The notes below the pieces were generated by a model. It was not told the DNA's origin. It was given only the letters and a program-made list of their open reading frames with translations, and made no database searches. The position numbers were made by a program, and so were the translations under genes. DNA of 61,177 nt, counting the filler, from Catajapyx aquilonaris (Eukaryota), in the NCBI GenBank assembly GCA_000934665.2. It is 3 parts of 3 records of this genome, joined end to end, with 100 filler letters (N's around TTAATTAATTAA, not from the genome) between each part and the next. Parts side by side here need not be neighbours in the genome. Positions count along the whole stretch, not along the records: positions 20,434 to 40,754 come from JYFJ02006291.1; positions 40,855 to 61,177 come from JYFJ02006292.1; 1 more part is not named here. One strand, 5' to 3'. Below are positions 40,138 through 52,256 of the stretch, in pieces (the first letter of the stretch is position 1; every line of letters starts with the position of its first letter).

Positions 40138-40350
40138 CAGTCGGCTAAAGGAGTATGTTACCAGACCCCTAACCTAGAAATTAGCCTCCAACAGAGGTGC
40201 TGCCTAGGGGAGTGAGATTTATTGTATCAGGGGGAAGCAGCACCTCTGTTCTTCCCCCTGATACAATAAATCTCACTCCCCTAGGCAGCACCTCTGTTGG
40301 AGGCTAATTTCTAGGTTAGGGGTCTGGTAACATACTCCTTTAACCAACTG
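40138..40350. mobile_element. Palindromic Tc1/pogo-type MITE
   Basis: TA-CAGT...ACTG-TA; ~100-bp near-perfect arms with a short loop. Confidence 0.9.
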
Positions 40351-40423
40351 TACCCACTTCCTAACTTATCAAAAATAGGCATGTCCTAAATATTTCGACC
40401 TCTGCGGTTAAGCTATACACGGT

Positions 40424-40754
40424 ATGGTTTCAAAAGAGCATTTCTTTTTCACAGGACTGTACCCACCGATATGATTGGTAGATCAGAAGCCCCCCCACCC
40501 TCTGCTCCAGCAATCAGATCACCTAAAAGTTTTTAACCGATTTTTTTTAAAACGTTAAACCCGTTACAAATGTGAAGGAAACCGTTAAACATATTAAATG
40601 GGAAAGAAAACGGTCGTTAAACCGTTACAATGGTGAAAAGGCGTTAATTCTTTATAAATGGTTTCAAAAGAGCATTTCTTTTTCACAGGACTGTACCCAC
40701 CGATATGATTGGTAGATCAGAAGCCCCCCCACCCTCTGCTCCAGCAATCAGATC
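40424..40754. repeat. Direct repeat at contig end
   Basis: ATGGTTTCAAAAGAGC...CAGCAATCAGATC at 40424-40520 and 40658-40754. Confidence 0.9.
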
Positions 40755-40854
40755 NNNNNNNNNNNNNNNNNNNNNNNNNNNNNNNNNNNNNNNNNNNNTT
40801 AATTAATTAANNNNNNNNNNNNNNNNNNNNNNNNNNNNNNNNNNNNNNNNNNNN
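40755..40854. other. Artificial contig-joining spacer
   Basis: Identical 44N-TTAATTAATTAA-44N structure. Confidence 0.97.
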
Positions 40855-42340
40855 CCAGGCGACGGTGTATTGGCCATGATGGAGCAGGAACACCCAGATC
40901 TTGCGACTGTTCAGACGGGCAGCTGGTCACTGAGTTAATAAGATATGATTGGAATAATTACAAAATGAAATATGCTACACTTCAAGAAGGCCTGGTAATT
41001 TAATGGGCCATTCAATTATTAATCCGAATGTGCCCACCATGAGCATAAATAATAAGGCACGGCCGGAACACAAAAAAGGTAGGATAATTCCAGGATCAAT
41101 TGAAACTTTCATGAAACACAACAAACATGAAATATTGTACAATATTACAGTTTTCTATAAAATAGTGAAGTATTCATTTTTTATATTCCTACTTGACTGT
41201 ACTGCATTTACCATATAACTAAGGCAATATGAAACAAATGCATAGTACATGACTTTGAAGAGAAAAATACATTTAATTCTGGAGCCGGATTGTCGGACAA
41301 AAAACGAGGAGTCAGACAATAATCAGGGTTCTTTTGTAATTATTTATGCTCCTGAAATGGGCTTCTCCACATTCGGAATAACTGAATGTCCCATTAAATT
41401 ACCAGGCCAGTGGGCCTTCTTGCAAATAAATACGCATGCCAACTGGCAATTAAGAAGCCATATAATTATCTTTACTCACCATAAATTAATTGCTGTCACA
41501 TCCAGGGTCGTTAGTCATCAGCCTGCTTCCATGTCAAATAGGTATCTTGCCAAGATGAGTTTGAACCCACTTCTATGCACCAGGCTGGTGTCCGAGGTGG
41601 TTCAGCAGCACACCACAAACCCATTCTACATAATAAACATTATAGACATGATTATTCGCCCCAATTTGTCTGCCCCGATTGGTACAAATTAGTGGCCCAT
41701 TAACAGGCTTCTCTAAGTTAATATTACTAATGATCCTCAGAAAATGGTCGTTAGACCTGTTATATACTTACCGGTACGTTGACATGCTGTGGTCACGTAG
41801 CAAACACGTTTCCTGAACTTCCGAATAGGCCTGGTAGCCATTTCCCACCTCTTGATGCCCACCTACCCACCCACTCTGGATACAAGGACGCCCAATGGTG
41901 CCAACATAAATGGAGAAAGTATGACCTTGTGGAAAAAAAGATATAACAAATATTGCAATATGTACAACATGTGACAAAGGTCCCAGGAGATGGTGCTTCT
42001 GCTCCAGTGCAAACAATGGAGGCCAAGTGAATCCAGCAGCTGTGTCACAAACACGAAATTGGCGAGCCAGTTGTGATCCAGCACCTCAACACCAGGAGAT
42101 GAACTTAGCTTGGTGCTCCAACGTTGATGGCAAACTAAATTATGCAACGCACGTCAGTAAATTTTGAAAACATAATTGCTCTTAACCGATTCCTCTCATA
42201 CTCACTTCCCAACAGTTGACGTAAAGCGTCACACTTGAACCTAAAGGTAATACAACTCGGATCTGCAGTGAATCCTAAAATGTGGGGACCTTGGACGTAA
42301 TCATGAACGCTTTTGTGGAAACATGTGGTACAGAATCAAG
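40855..42340 (-). pseudogene. Probable F-box(/LRR) gene remnant, several short exons with in-frame stops
   Basis: Candidate exons ~42340-42206, 42134-~41977, 41925-41772, 41625-41480 and 40929-40855, mostly with canonical GT/AG. LSSSPGVEVLDHNWLANFVFVTQLLDSLGLHCLHWSRSTISWDL resembles a degenerate F-box. No stop-free frame runs through all exons. Confidence 0.4.
40984..41422. mobile_element. MITE-like element with inverted termini
   Basis: GGCCTGGTAATTTAATGGG..ATTCA.TTATT..TCCGAATGTG vs CACATTCGGAATAACTGAATGTCCCATTAAATTACCAGGCC. Confidence 0.6.
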
Positions 42341-42565
42341 GGTTCATTGTGATTTTATTCTTGAAAAGAAACAAATTCACATTATTGCCCCTTAAGACAA
42401 TTGCTACGCCTACATTTTTACATACCGCATAGTCGGAAGCACTGTAAAATTGCTTTTTAAATTGAGCCCATCATGCTGTTACAGCTGGGTACATTTTCTT
42501 ATGGTACGGGCTCCATCAATGGTGCCCCTAACCCTTCATAATAATTAAACATCTCAGCTGTTCAG

Positions 42566-43880
42566 GGGTCATTCCATGTCAAATCATCACAGTTTGGAAT
42601 TAATATAGGCCTTGACCCCTCAGATTTTGATGAAACTTGGTGTATCTAGTGTCCTTACATAGTTATGGATGAAAACCAAAAGAAATAATTTTTTTGGCCT
42701 ACCATTCAAGAGTTATTAAATATTAAATATTCCAATTTTGACTAAAAATTGCTGCGTCTTGAAATACTCAAGTATTATTTTCTCAGGAACCAGATGGGAT
42801 ATAAACCTGGGGAATGTCACATATTGAAGGTCTTTCCATGGGCTTTAATTTGATATGTAACACGGCAGAGGTTATCATATTTATTAAAAAATTTAAACTC
42901 AATTAAATCTTTAAATTTAAATATTTCAAAAAATGATATTTTTAAAATTTTGAAAAAATTCCCAAAATTACTTTGTACTATCCTCTTGCATCTCCCAAAG
43001 TGTCATTTTGGGATCGCAATGGGATCAGGTGATACAGAGAGTACACGTTTCACACATGCCGGAAAATACCCATCATACCCAATCGAGGTTTTCACAAAAG
43101 TCACTTATATTGCCAGTAGCTTTAAAAATCATGGTAGTGCTTAATAAACATTTCATTCTTACATTCATCAACTAAATAATTGACTTAAATGTATAAGAAA
43201 AAAATTATGTTTCATCAACTTGCCCCGAAAAAACCAAATGTTAATAATAATTTTTTTCTTATACATTTAAGTCAATTATTTAGTTGATGAATGTAAGAAT
43301 GAAATGTTTATTAAGCACTATCATGATTTTTAAAGCTACTGGCAATATAAGTGACTTTTGTGAAAACCTCGATTGGGTATGATGGGTATTTTCCGGCATG
43401 TGTGAAACGTGTACTCTCTGTATCACCTGATCCCATTGCGATCCCAAAATGACACTTTGGGAGATGCAAGAGGATAGTACAAAGTAATTTTGGGAATTTT
43501 TTTCAAAATTTTACAAATATCATTTTTTGAAATATTTAAATTTGAAGATTTAATTGAGTTTAAATTTTTTAATAAATATGATAACCTCTGCCGTGTTACA
43601 TATCAAATTAAAGCCCATGGAAAGACCTTCAATATGTGACATTCCCCAGGTTTATATCCCATCTGGTTCCTGAGAAAATAATACTTGAGTATTTCAAGAC
43701 GCAGCAATTTTTAGTCAAAATTGGAATATTTAATATTTAATAACTCTTGAATGGTAGGCCAAAAAAATTATTTCATTTGGTTTTCATTCATAACTATGTA
43801 AGGACACTAGACACACCAAGTTTCATCAAAATCTGAGGGGTCAAGGCCTATCGCTGTGATGATTTGACATGGAATGACCC
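42566..43880. mobile_element. 1.3-kb palindromic (foldback) DNA transposon, Sola-like termini
   Basis: TIR GGGTCATTCCATGTCAAATCATCACAG, 4-bp TSD TCAG, ~600-bp nearly identical inverted arms around a ~40-bp loop (~43210-43250). Confidence 0.88.
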
Positions 43881-43937
43881 TCAGGCAACTCGACTAATGC
43901 AGCATCACTCTGAATGGGGTATTAAATAGCTAAATCT

Positions 43938-44753
43938 TTAGTGTGAACTCTTTGCGTGGCTACTCAATTGGTCTGACCGACTGAACTTTTTCTTGCATAT
44001 CTTGCAACTGAATGGCTTCTCCCCTGTGTGAGTTCTCATGTGCCTATTCAAACTTCCTGACCGACTAAACTTTCTCTTGCAAATTGAGCAACTGAATGGC
44101 TTCGCCCCAGTGTGAGTCCTCATGTGCCTATTCAAATGTACTAACTGATTAAACTTTCTCTTGCAAATTGAGCAACTGAATGGCTTCTCCCCTGTGTGAA
44201 TTGGCATATGCTTATTCAAATGATCTGCCTTACTAAACTTACTCTGACAAATTGTGCAGCTGAACGGCTTCTCCCCTGTGTGGTTCCTCATGTGGTTCTT
44301 CAAACTTACTGAATGACTAAACTTTCTCTTGCAAATTGGGCAACTGAATGGCTTCTCCCCTGTGTGGGTCCTCATGTGCCTATTCAAACTTCCTGACTCA
44401 CTAAACTTCTTATTGCAAACCTCGCAACAATGTGGCTTCTCCCCTGTGTGGGTTCGCATGTGCCTATTCAAATTTTTTGACTCACTAAACTTCCTCTTGC
44501 AAACCTTGCAACAATATGGCTTCTCCCCTGTGTGGGTCCTCATGTGTGTATTCAAATTCCCTGCCTGACTAAACTTTTTCTCGCAAACCTTGCAATTGAA
44601 TGGCTTCTCTCCCGTGTGAATTCGCATATGCTTATTCAAATCCTTCCGGGAACTACATTTCCTCTTGCAAATGTGACAATCCTTTCCTCCCATTTCCTTC
44701 CTCCGCTTGTCTTTCTGGATTCCATTCTTCACCTCCTCTGGACCATCTTCTAC
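43938..44753 (-). CDS. C2H2 zinc-finger protein, terminal exon with 9 tandem fingers
   Basis: Nine CxxC-x12-HxxxH motifs with TGEKP linkers at 84-bp spacing; acceptor CCATTTCAG|GTAGAA (phase 0); TAA at 43938. Confidence 0.95.
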   Translation of the reverse strand, partial: VEDGPEEVKNGIQKDKRRKEMGGKDCHICKRKCSSRKDLNKHMRIHTGEKPFNCKVCEKKFSQAGNLNTHMRTHTGEKPYCCKVCKRKFSESKNLNRHMRTHTGEKPHCCEVCNKKFSESGSLNRHMRTHTGEKPFSCPICKRKFSHSVSLKNHMRNHTGEKPFSCTICQSKFSKADHLNKHMPIHTGEKPFSCSICKRKFNQLVHLNRHMRTHTGAKPFSCSICKRKFSRSGSLNRHMRTHTGEKPFSCKICKKKFSRSDQLSSHAKSSH

Positions 44754-44805
44754 CTGAAATGGGTATGGCCTTATGAAATTCATGGTATAAAATTTATACT
44801 GGACC

Positions 44806-45477
44806 TGAGGGGGTGAAAATCAAAAACCGACAGTTCCAAAAACCAAAAAAAATGATAGCGCTGGCAATGCATTCCTCATGCCATGGAGTACATAATACCT
44901 GAACATGGTATTTAAAACCCTACAACAAAACCGTCAAATTCAGGGGTGAAAAGTGACCTCCGTAACAAAAACCGCCAGCTCCATCCCCACTCGCAGAAAA
45001 TCACATATCAAAAACCGCCAGCTCCCACGAAACTAAAGCTGACATGGGAGACAGTAGGCCTATATACTCGTACGAAGCTCGTACGGATAACGATGATGCG
45101 AATGAGATGCGAATTTAACAGAACACCTTGCGTAATGTAATGGAACGTTGGTATGTAAGAGTGGAATAAACTTAAACATTTACACGCCGGATAAACCTGT
45201 GTTTCATGTGTCCCTCACTCAATTTTGCATCAAAAAGCGCCAACTCCAGCCTGTTGCAAATCAAAAACCGGCCAGTGGCGGAATGGACTGTCCACAGCTC
45301 ATTGGGTAATGGCGGATGATTTCATAATAACTTACCAATGGTTGAGTTGCTAGTAAAGGAATCTATAGCCGCTACATTCAGGTGTCTACATTGACATACG
45401 GCGAAACTGTAGGTTTTTCTCGTTTTTCTCCGTTACGTTTATGACGGAGCTGTCGGTTTTTGATTTGCACCCCCTCA
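44806..45477. mobile_element. Mariner-like non-autonomous element
   Basis: TIR TGAGGGGGTG(A/C)AAATCAAAAACCGACAG(T/C)TCC; internal AAAAACCGCCAGCTCC repeats. Confidence 0.7.
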
Positions 45478-45894
45478 CATACTGTAATGAAAGGATACAT
45501 GAAGAGAGAATTTGGTGACTGGGTATGCTTGCCATGCAACTTATACTGTAGTTTAGTACGGTTGGCATGCCACATAAGTGGAAAGTGGGCCATCTTATTT
45601 TCTTCAATCATCAGCAATTTTCATGTAATTTGATACGGATGCAGGACTGATAGTTTGTTATGGTCTCTGTGGCATCATGTTTTACCTCCTACTGATAAAT
45701 TGTCTGCTTACAGGGAAAGGTAATTTCGCCATTTTCTAATGCATGCCATCAGTGAAAGACAGGAATGACTCCCTCGTAATTCTTATGTTCCGGTTTGATG
45801 CATTATCTCAGCCAATGATATCTTTACACTTTTCACATGAACATGTCTGTTACATTGTCTTTTCACAGATAAAACTCAAAGCTAAAAGTCTTAA

Positions 45895-46091
45895 AGGGAC
45901 ACTCCACTCAAAATACAAAATGGTCTCTAAAAATCAGGCAAGTAATCCTGATTCCGAGAATGCGATCCGTTTATCTCTGAGTCGAATGGTAATGACAGGG
46001 GAAGAGACGAAAGTCGGGAAAAAGGCGAGGTCTGATCGAGCCTGGCGCCTGATTTTTAGAGACCAACTTGTATTTTGAGTGGACTGTCCCT
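45895..46091. mobile_element. Kolobok-type MITE
   Basis: TTAA-AGGGAC...GTCCCT-TTAA; ~45-bp imperfect TIRs. Confidence 0.8.
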
Positions 46092-46689
46092 TTAAAATTT
46101 TCAAATATTGACAGCCTTAACTCTTTAGCAACCTATGAGAAGTTCATCAGAATGTCTCATTTGCACACCAATGAGGCAAATTGGTCAGACACACTGTTTG
46201 GTGTCAGCAAGGTCTTCATTTGATAACCATGTACAGTAATTGTGGGAAAGAACTACTTAATTATATAGGGTGAAGGGAAACTCGCGGATAATTGCCAGGT
46301 AGGCTGATAGTACTCGCAAAATTACACATAATATAGGGATGTGCAATTAGTTTAGGGTGCCGTGGCGTAGTTAATGTCTACGAGAGGGCTGGATGGTAAT
46401 ATATGAGGTAAAAATGACAAAGTGCACTGGTGTCACACTCGGATTCTTACTCTGACAGGATTTGATCACTTATTGCACATGGACGATGTGTTACGGACCC
46501 AAGGCTGGATTATTCGGAGGGCCTCCAGCTGACTTTTGCTTCTTTGAAGCTGCAGTAGCGAATGTGACGTCACGAAACTTTGAAGGTGCCGTATGCATTG
46601 ACTACACAACGCACAGTGTTTGATATCAGAAAAAACACAATCGAAAATGATAGCTCCTCAACTAAATCATCTAAGTATGTAAAACACCA

Positions 46690-47050
46690 GTCTCCCCATG
46701 TTTTAGAGGTCGCTGATTTCAATTTTTAGGTTATTTTGAACCTGGACATACAGGGTGTACCAAAAAATCGCCATGAAATTTAAGAACTTCTAGAAAAACC
46801 ACTATAAGTAGGTGAAAATAACGTTTCTGGATGCTTTCGCAGTCTTAATTTTGATTTTTAGGTTATTTTGAACCAAGACATACAGGGTGTACCATAAAAG
46901 ACCACCGAATCTAAGAACTTGTAGAATATACATTATAAGTACGGATAGGTGAAAAAATATTTTCCAATGTGTTGGAGAACACTGATTTTGATTTTTAAGC
47001 TACATTGAACCCGGACCTACACCCTGTATCAAAAACACCATCAAAATTGA
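46690..47050. repeat. Tandem ~135-bp subrepeats of a DNA-transposon-like element
   Basis: TTTTTAGGTTATTTTGAACC..GACATACAGGGTGTACCA repeated; inverted copy at ~48655-48715. Confidence 0.6.
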
Positions 47051-47149
47051 GTGGTCATGGAATAAAATAGTGGAAGTAGTTGAAAATGATGTTTCTGCAC
47101 AAAATCGCAATTGCTGTTTAAATTATGTAGTTTTTTTGTTATGTAGGCA

Positions 47150-48223
47150 TAGTCCGGGCCCTAAGCGCAAAAATCAGGCCTAACCTTGCATTTTGGGATA
47201 AGAAGGTGCCACTTGGCACATATGTTCCTTAGGTCTATAGGAGCAATTCCAGAGTTGCAGGCAACTGATCGGCCCCTTAGGTCACGAGTTATGCGGTGTT
47301 GCCAACATGGCCTGGGATGACCCGAGCGTTTTTAACGTTGCATTTTGTGATAAGAAGGTGCCGCTTGGCATATATGTTCCCTAGGCCTGTAGGAGTCGTT
47401 TGAGACATGGCGGCACTTGATCGGCTCCTTAGGTCAGGAGTTATGCGGTGTTGCCAACCTGGTCCTGGACCTAAGAGTTTTGTACCATCTTTAACTTTGC
47501 ATTTTGAGATAAGAAGGTGCCACTTGGCACATATGTTCCTTAGGCCTATAGGAGCAATTTCAGAGTTGCAGGCAACTGATCGGCCCCTTAGGTCAGGAGT
47601 TATGCGGTGTTGCCAACCTGATCAGGGAACTAAGCGTTTTAACTCGGCACTTTGTGATGAGAAGGTGCCACTTGGCAGACATGTTCCCTAGGTGTATAGG
47701 ATCCATTTGAGAGATGGCGGCACTTGATCCGCTCCTTAGGTCAGGAGTTATGCGGTGTTGCCAACCTGGTCCGGAACCTAAGCATAACCGCATAACTCGT
47801 GATCTAAGGGGCAGATCAGGTGCCACAAACTCTCAAATAGAACCTCTAGGCCTGGGGAACATTCTTGCCAAAATCCCAAAATGCAAAGTTAAAAATGGTT
47901 CAAAACGCTTAGGTTCCGGACCAGGTTGGCAACACCGCATAACTCCTGACCTAAGGAGCCGATCAAGTGCCGCCATCTCTCAAACGACTCCTACAGACCT
48001 AGGGAACATATGTGCCAAGCGATACCTTCTTATCACAAAATGCAACGTCAAAAACGCTCAGGTCATCCCAGGCCATGTTGGCAACACCGCATAACTCGTG
48101 ACCTAAGGGGCCGATCAGTTGCCTGCAACTCTGGAATTGCTCCTATAGACCTAAGGAACATATGTGCCAAGTGGCACCTTCTTATCCCAAAATGCAAGGT
48201 TAAGACGCTTAGGGCCCGGACTA
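47150..48223. mobile_element. Foldback-type element built of ~150-bp subunits
   Basis: Termini TAGTCCGGGCCCTAAGCG / CGCTTAGGGCCCGGACTA. About 4 direct units (…TAAGAAGGTGCCACTTGGCA…GAGTTATGCGGTGTTGCCAAC) are followed by 2-3 inverted units. Confidence 0.85.
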
Positions 48224-49130
48224 GCACTCAAAACTTTAGAAAACACACTGTGCTACTGAAAAATGTAGAAGTTATTAATGAATGATCTTTGAAATTCAGT
48301 TTAGGACATAAATTGAACCTCCCTCGCATGCACCTCTCAGGTGTTTTCATTTCTAAAATTGCGGCTAGCAGATATTAGAAGCTGAATTATGATTTTCTAG
48401 CTACAGTACATCCTAAAGGTCACCATAACAGCAATTTCATGATGTCGTTGCATGTCGCCGCTTTTCAGGATAGGTTTTATCAAACGAACACCCAAAAAAT
48501 CAAGCTATTTTTAAAATTTTATTTTAAAAAAATAAAAAATAATTAGTAAACAAATGATTTAATTCTGTTTGTAACCCTCTCATTTTATTAAGAACATTAT
48601 TTGCAATCTTTTATACCATTTATCCTATACAAGTTATTACATTCGACAGTGTTTTCGGTACACCCTGTAGGTCTTGGTTCAAAATAACCTTGAAATCAAA
48701 ATCAGTGACCACGAAAGCATTTTTCCCTAATTTTCCCTTATTATGACCAGAAAAGACCTCAGATGTCAAATGTTGTGCGCTCATTACCCACTGATTTATT
48801 GCTTTATTTTTGGTGTGTTTGATTATTCTGTAGATAACCCCCTACCTATTAACTACCATGTCAGATCACTTAAGGATTTCCTCTTCCTTGAAAAAGCAAT
48901 ATGATTCATAAGATGAAATGGATGGGGTTTTGGAAACGTAAGGCATAAGATAAATATACTGACTCAGTGAACTAAGCAGAGCAATTGAAATTGTATCTTC
49001 AAACAATGAAAAAGGACGTTCATGTTTTAGAGAACCTTTATCCATGATACCATAGTTGCATGATGATTTTCAAGAGAGTAGGTACTGCATACCGTAGTTC
49101 CAAGACATTTCCCAAGTTTGTGAAGTGGTA

Positions 49131-49341
49131 CCCCCGCGAGCATAAAGATGGAGACGGCAGGCCCTTTTTTGACCTTTTTTTATCCGACTCAAATTAATGA
49201 ACTCTTTTTGGACCGAGTTAGCTGCTTCAGGCGTGTGTTCGTGTATTTATGACAGTATATTTGATACCGTAGTAGCTGAGATTGGCAGAGCAGCCTGCCG
49301 AAGGTGAGGGCCTGCGGTCTCCATCTTTATGCTCGCGGGTG
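49131..49341. mobile_element. Tc1/mariner-type MITE
   Basis: TA TSD; TIR C(C/A)CCCGCGAGCATAAAGATGGAGAC(G/C)GCAGGCCC. Confidence 0.85.
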
Positions 49342-49369
49342 TACATATCGCACTTAATCACTCACTCCA

Positions 49370-50350
49370 GCTTTAATCCGTAACATATTCTTCCAATCCT
49401 TTTGGGAATAATCCAAATAGTATATGGTGAAGGACAAGAACAACCACGTCTGTGTTACATGATAACATTATGATGCTTTTTGTTACCAATCTAGAAGTAT
49501 GGAAGAGATGGATTATCATCCTGGTATAAATCTGCTTCAAAGGCATCTCCACTATCATAATTATTGTCTCCTGTGATAGTTCCACTAACTTGTGAGTACT
49601 GTAATCATTGTCTTCATTTTTGAAAATTCAACGTTTCGCTTTAATTTTGTTGGAAGCCCAGAAGCTGTAAATCTGTATCGGAATAGGCGTAACAAGTTAT
49701 ATTTCCATCAATATTGTAATTCCACTGGATCAGCAGTTTTCCGTCGTTCTCCTTCACCCTCCTTTAGTGACTGCTCAATATAACTAGCGTGTATACTCAC
49801 TGATACTATGTTGCATCTGTCCAAAGTTTGTCAAAAACATTTCGAATAATATTGTTTTCATATGCTTCATTCTGATTTGGTGAACTTGAGACATAATCCA
49901 TGATAACAACAATTTGCACGACATCACTCTGTTGAAAGCTGTAATCTAACGACCAGTTGCTTCTCAAGCTCAACTAAGAGTAGATACAAGTACTTTACCG
50001 GTTTAGTTGGAAAGCCATTATCACCAAACAACTTGTCAGGTGGCAGCACATATTTTAAAATTTCTTCACAGTTTGTTCCCTCTCTTTAGCTATTCGTATC
50101 CTAACATCTGCGCCTGTCAGCTGTAGCTATAATGTAGCCTTTTTCGGAAGTAAGTGTTGACTGATTTTGAAATACACATCATTGGGTTTCTCTCCATTGA
50201 TGGTAAACTGCACCTTTTTCATGACATCCGAAAGTTTCATTAACTTTTCATCACATAAAGTTCAGCGCATAGCATTGTCCCTATATGTACTCACTGTTTT
50301 GCGATCAAATTCTTAAGCTGCGTATGGCTGGGCATTTCATATGGATTACC
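49370..50350 (-). pseudogene. Frameshifted Academ-like transposon fragment (XPG/PIN-nuclease region)
   Basis: Minus-strand motifs in the expected order: KGNPYE, LSDVMKKV, SYIEQSLKEGEGERR, SFWASNKIK, EAD/TRMIIHLFH...SCNTDVVVLVL (cf. EEADTRxxLH...SxDTDV). Confidence 0.6.
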
Positions 50351-50519
50351 TTTGGTGATCATGAATTTACATTTCCAGACAATTGAGGGGTGTCCCAAAC
50401 AGGAATGTACATTTGCTGTCCTCTCTCTCCTATTCCTATGATTTTTTTTTCCTATTGTTTAGTATATGCGACTTTTTTTGCTTAATGTACACTCTATACT
50501 ACTACAGGGAGCACAATAT

Positions 50520-50637
50520 TATGTATCATATGTAAGTGTAATGTATTTAATGTGAACATTGCGGGGACCTCCCCCTTATGTAAAGGCGGAAGCCTACCAG
50601 GGGAAAAGAAATAAACTAAACTAAACTAAACTATTCC

Positions 50638-50698
<61 letters not shown>
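50520..50698 (+). repeat. LINE-like 3' tail followed by (TTA)n microsatellite
   Basis: AATAAA(CTAAA)n tail at ~50610-50632; (TTA)n at 50639-50698. Confidence 0.6.
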
Positions 50699-50699
<1 letters not shown>

Positions 50700-51222
50700 C
50701 CTTTGAACTCTTTTGGGATCTCGGATACACTTCATGTCAGGTGGCTCAGCAATGAGTCACTTATTAGTTTCCTGTAATTGGAACCTTATGGGCTAACCCT
50801 GACCGTGTTATCAACCTCTGCCAGCTGCTATTAGTAACTTTAATAGGTTCCAGAAGTTTCAGAAATGTATCCCAATATTTACACATTTCAGATTTCCCTG
50901 CACAATCATTTGAAAATCATCATGCATCTATGGTATTGTAAGACCCAGGAAAAAGAAGATATGTTCAATTCACACGTACTGTGTATTTTGTGTTTCTCAT
51001 TGTTCACCCACCCACATTGTCACCATCGTTATTTCACTTTCTCATTGTCACCCAAGAGATGCTTTCACAGTGAGAGCGAGAAAGGACTTGGGGGCACAGC
51101 GTAAGAGCATTAAGGCAATTACGCAGCAAGAGCATTTTCCACTGCATGCACAGTTAGAACGTACAAGCATGAACTCCTGATCGATTTTCTCTCAAATTTA
51201 GCATTAGAACTCTGAAACATTT

Positions 51223-51588
51223 TTTATTTTTTATTTTTTTATTTTTTATTTTTATTTACCCCGTGATGCAACCCTAAGCCGCTTCAGGGGGGTGGCAGAC
51301 CACCATACAGTTTTCTCTTGTGTTTACTTCAATCACCGGTGCAAGGAATACTAGGAAATTGGGTAAGGGTAGGGGATTTTGGGGAGGGAACACATGTGCA
51401 GGTGCATTGTCCAGTGGCAAGTGGCCAGGTGCAGTCCCCCAGGAGGTCAGGTTGCCAAGACACCTCCTTAGGCGCCGGTCACGACCCAAAGACGCAAGCG
51501 AAAGGTTTGTTCCTGGGTGGGGATTTGAACCCGGGACCTTTCGCATAGCAAGCCGAGACGTTACCATCTCGGCCACTGTGCCTCCCTC
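51223..51588 (-). mobile_element. tRNA-derived SINE (family C) with TSD
   Basis: Minus strand: A-box GTGGCCGAGATGG, B-box GGTTCAAATCCC, A-rich tail. TSD AACTCT(G/A)AAACATTT at 51208-51222 and 51589-51603. Confidence 0.88.
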
Positions 51589-52256
51589 AACTCTAAAACA
51601 TTTGAAGTCAGAGTCATTCAAAGTACGAGGTTCCACTGTCTTCATGAAATGTACGGAATATGCTATTTAAACTTGGTGAAAGCTATATTTATGAAATATA
51701 TACCACTCCTAAGAGCATGAAAACCTTATTTTAGAATTCCTTGATCTCAAAAACATACATTTAGACACCAAAAGGACGGTTTATACTTCGTCGTAAGAGG
51801 CGCGAAGTAGCAGTAGCGCCATAAAGAAAGCAGCCTGCTACTGCAAGTGGTTTATACTAGAGCGGCGGCTGCTACTGTGCGTCAGTCAGTGTCGGGTTAC
51901 TAGTACCTTAAGTGCCCGCCAGGTGTCGCCCCCTGCCACGGAGTTTGGACCTAACTTATTAAATACTAAAAACGTCCATTGGTCTCGGCAATGATCATAT
52001 TAGCAGGCCAATAACCAAATCGTTCCGGAAATATGCCTTCTGACCAAGTTTTTTTTTTTTAGTTCTCTTATTTTATGTGCTGACGAAGCTCCCTGTGTTT
52101 GTTAGATCAATCAGCATGAAGTAGGGGACTCTATTACAGGGACTGGATTATTATCTAAAGTTGGTAAAACTTATGATATTTTAGGTCCTTTTTGGCACCC
52201 TAATTCTCACCCCCCCACCATGCGAACATGCCCGATAAAATAATCTGCATTCTCAC

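Noticed and set aside
44329..44816. Plus-strand ORFs over the zinc-finger exon
   Set aside because: Antisense shadow ORFs; the same applies to 52228-52545 and 59055-59360
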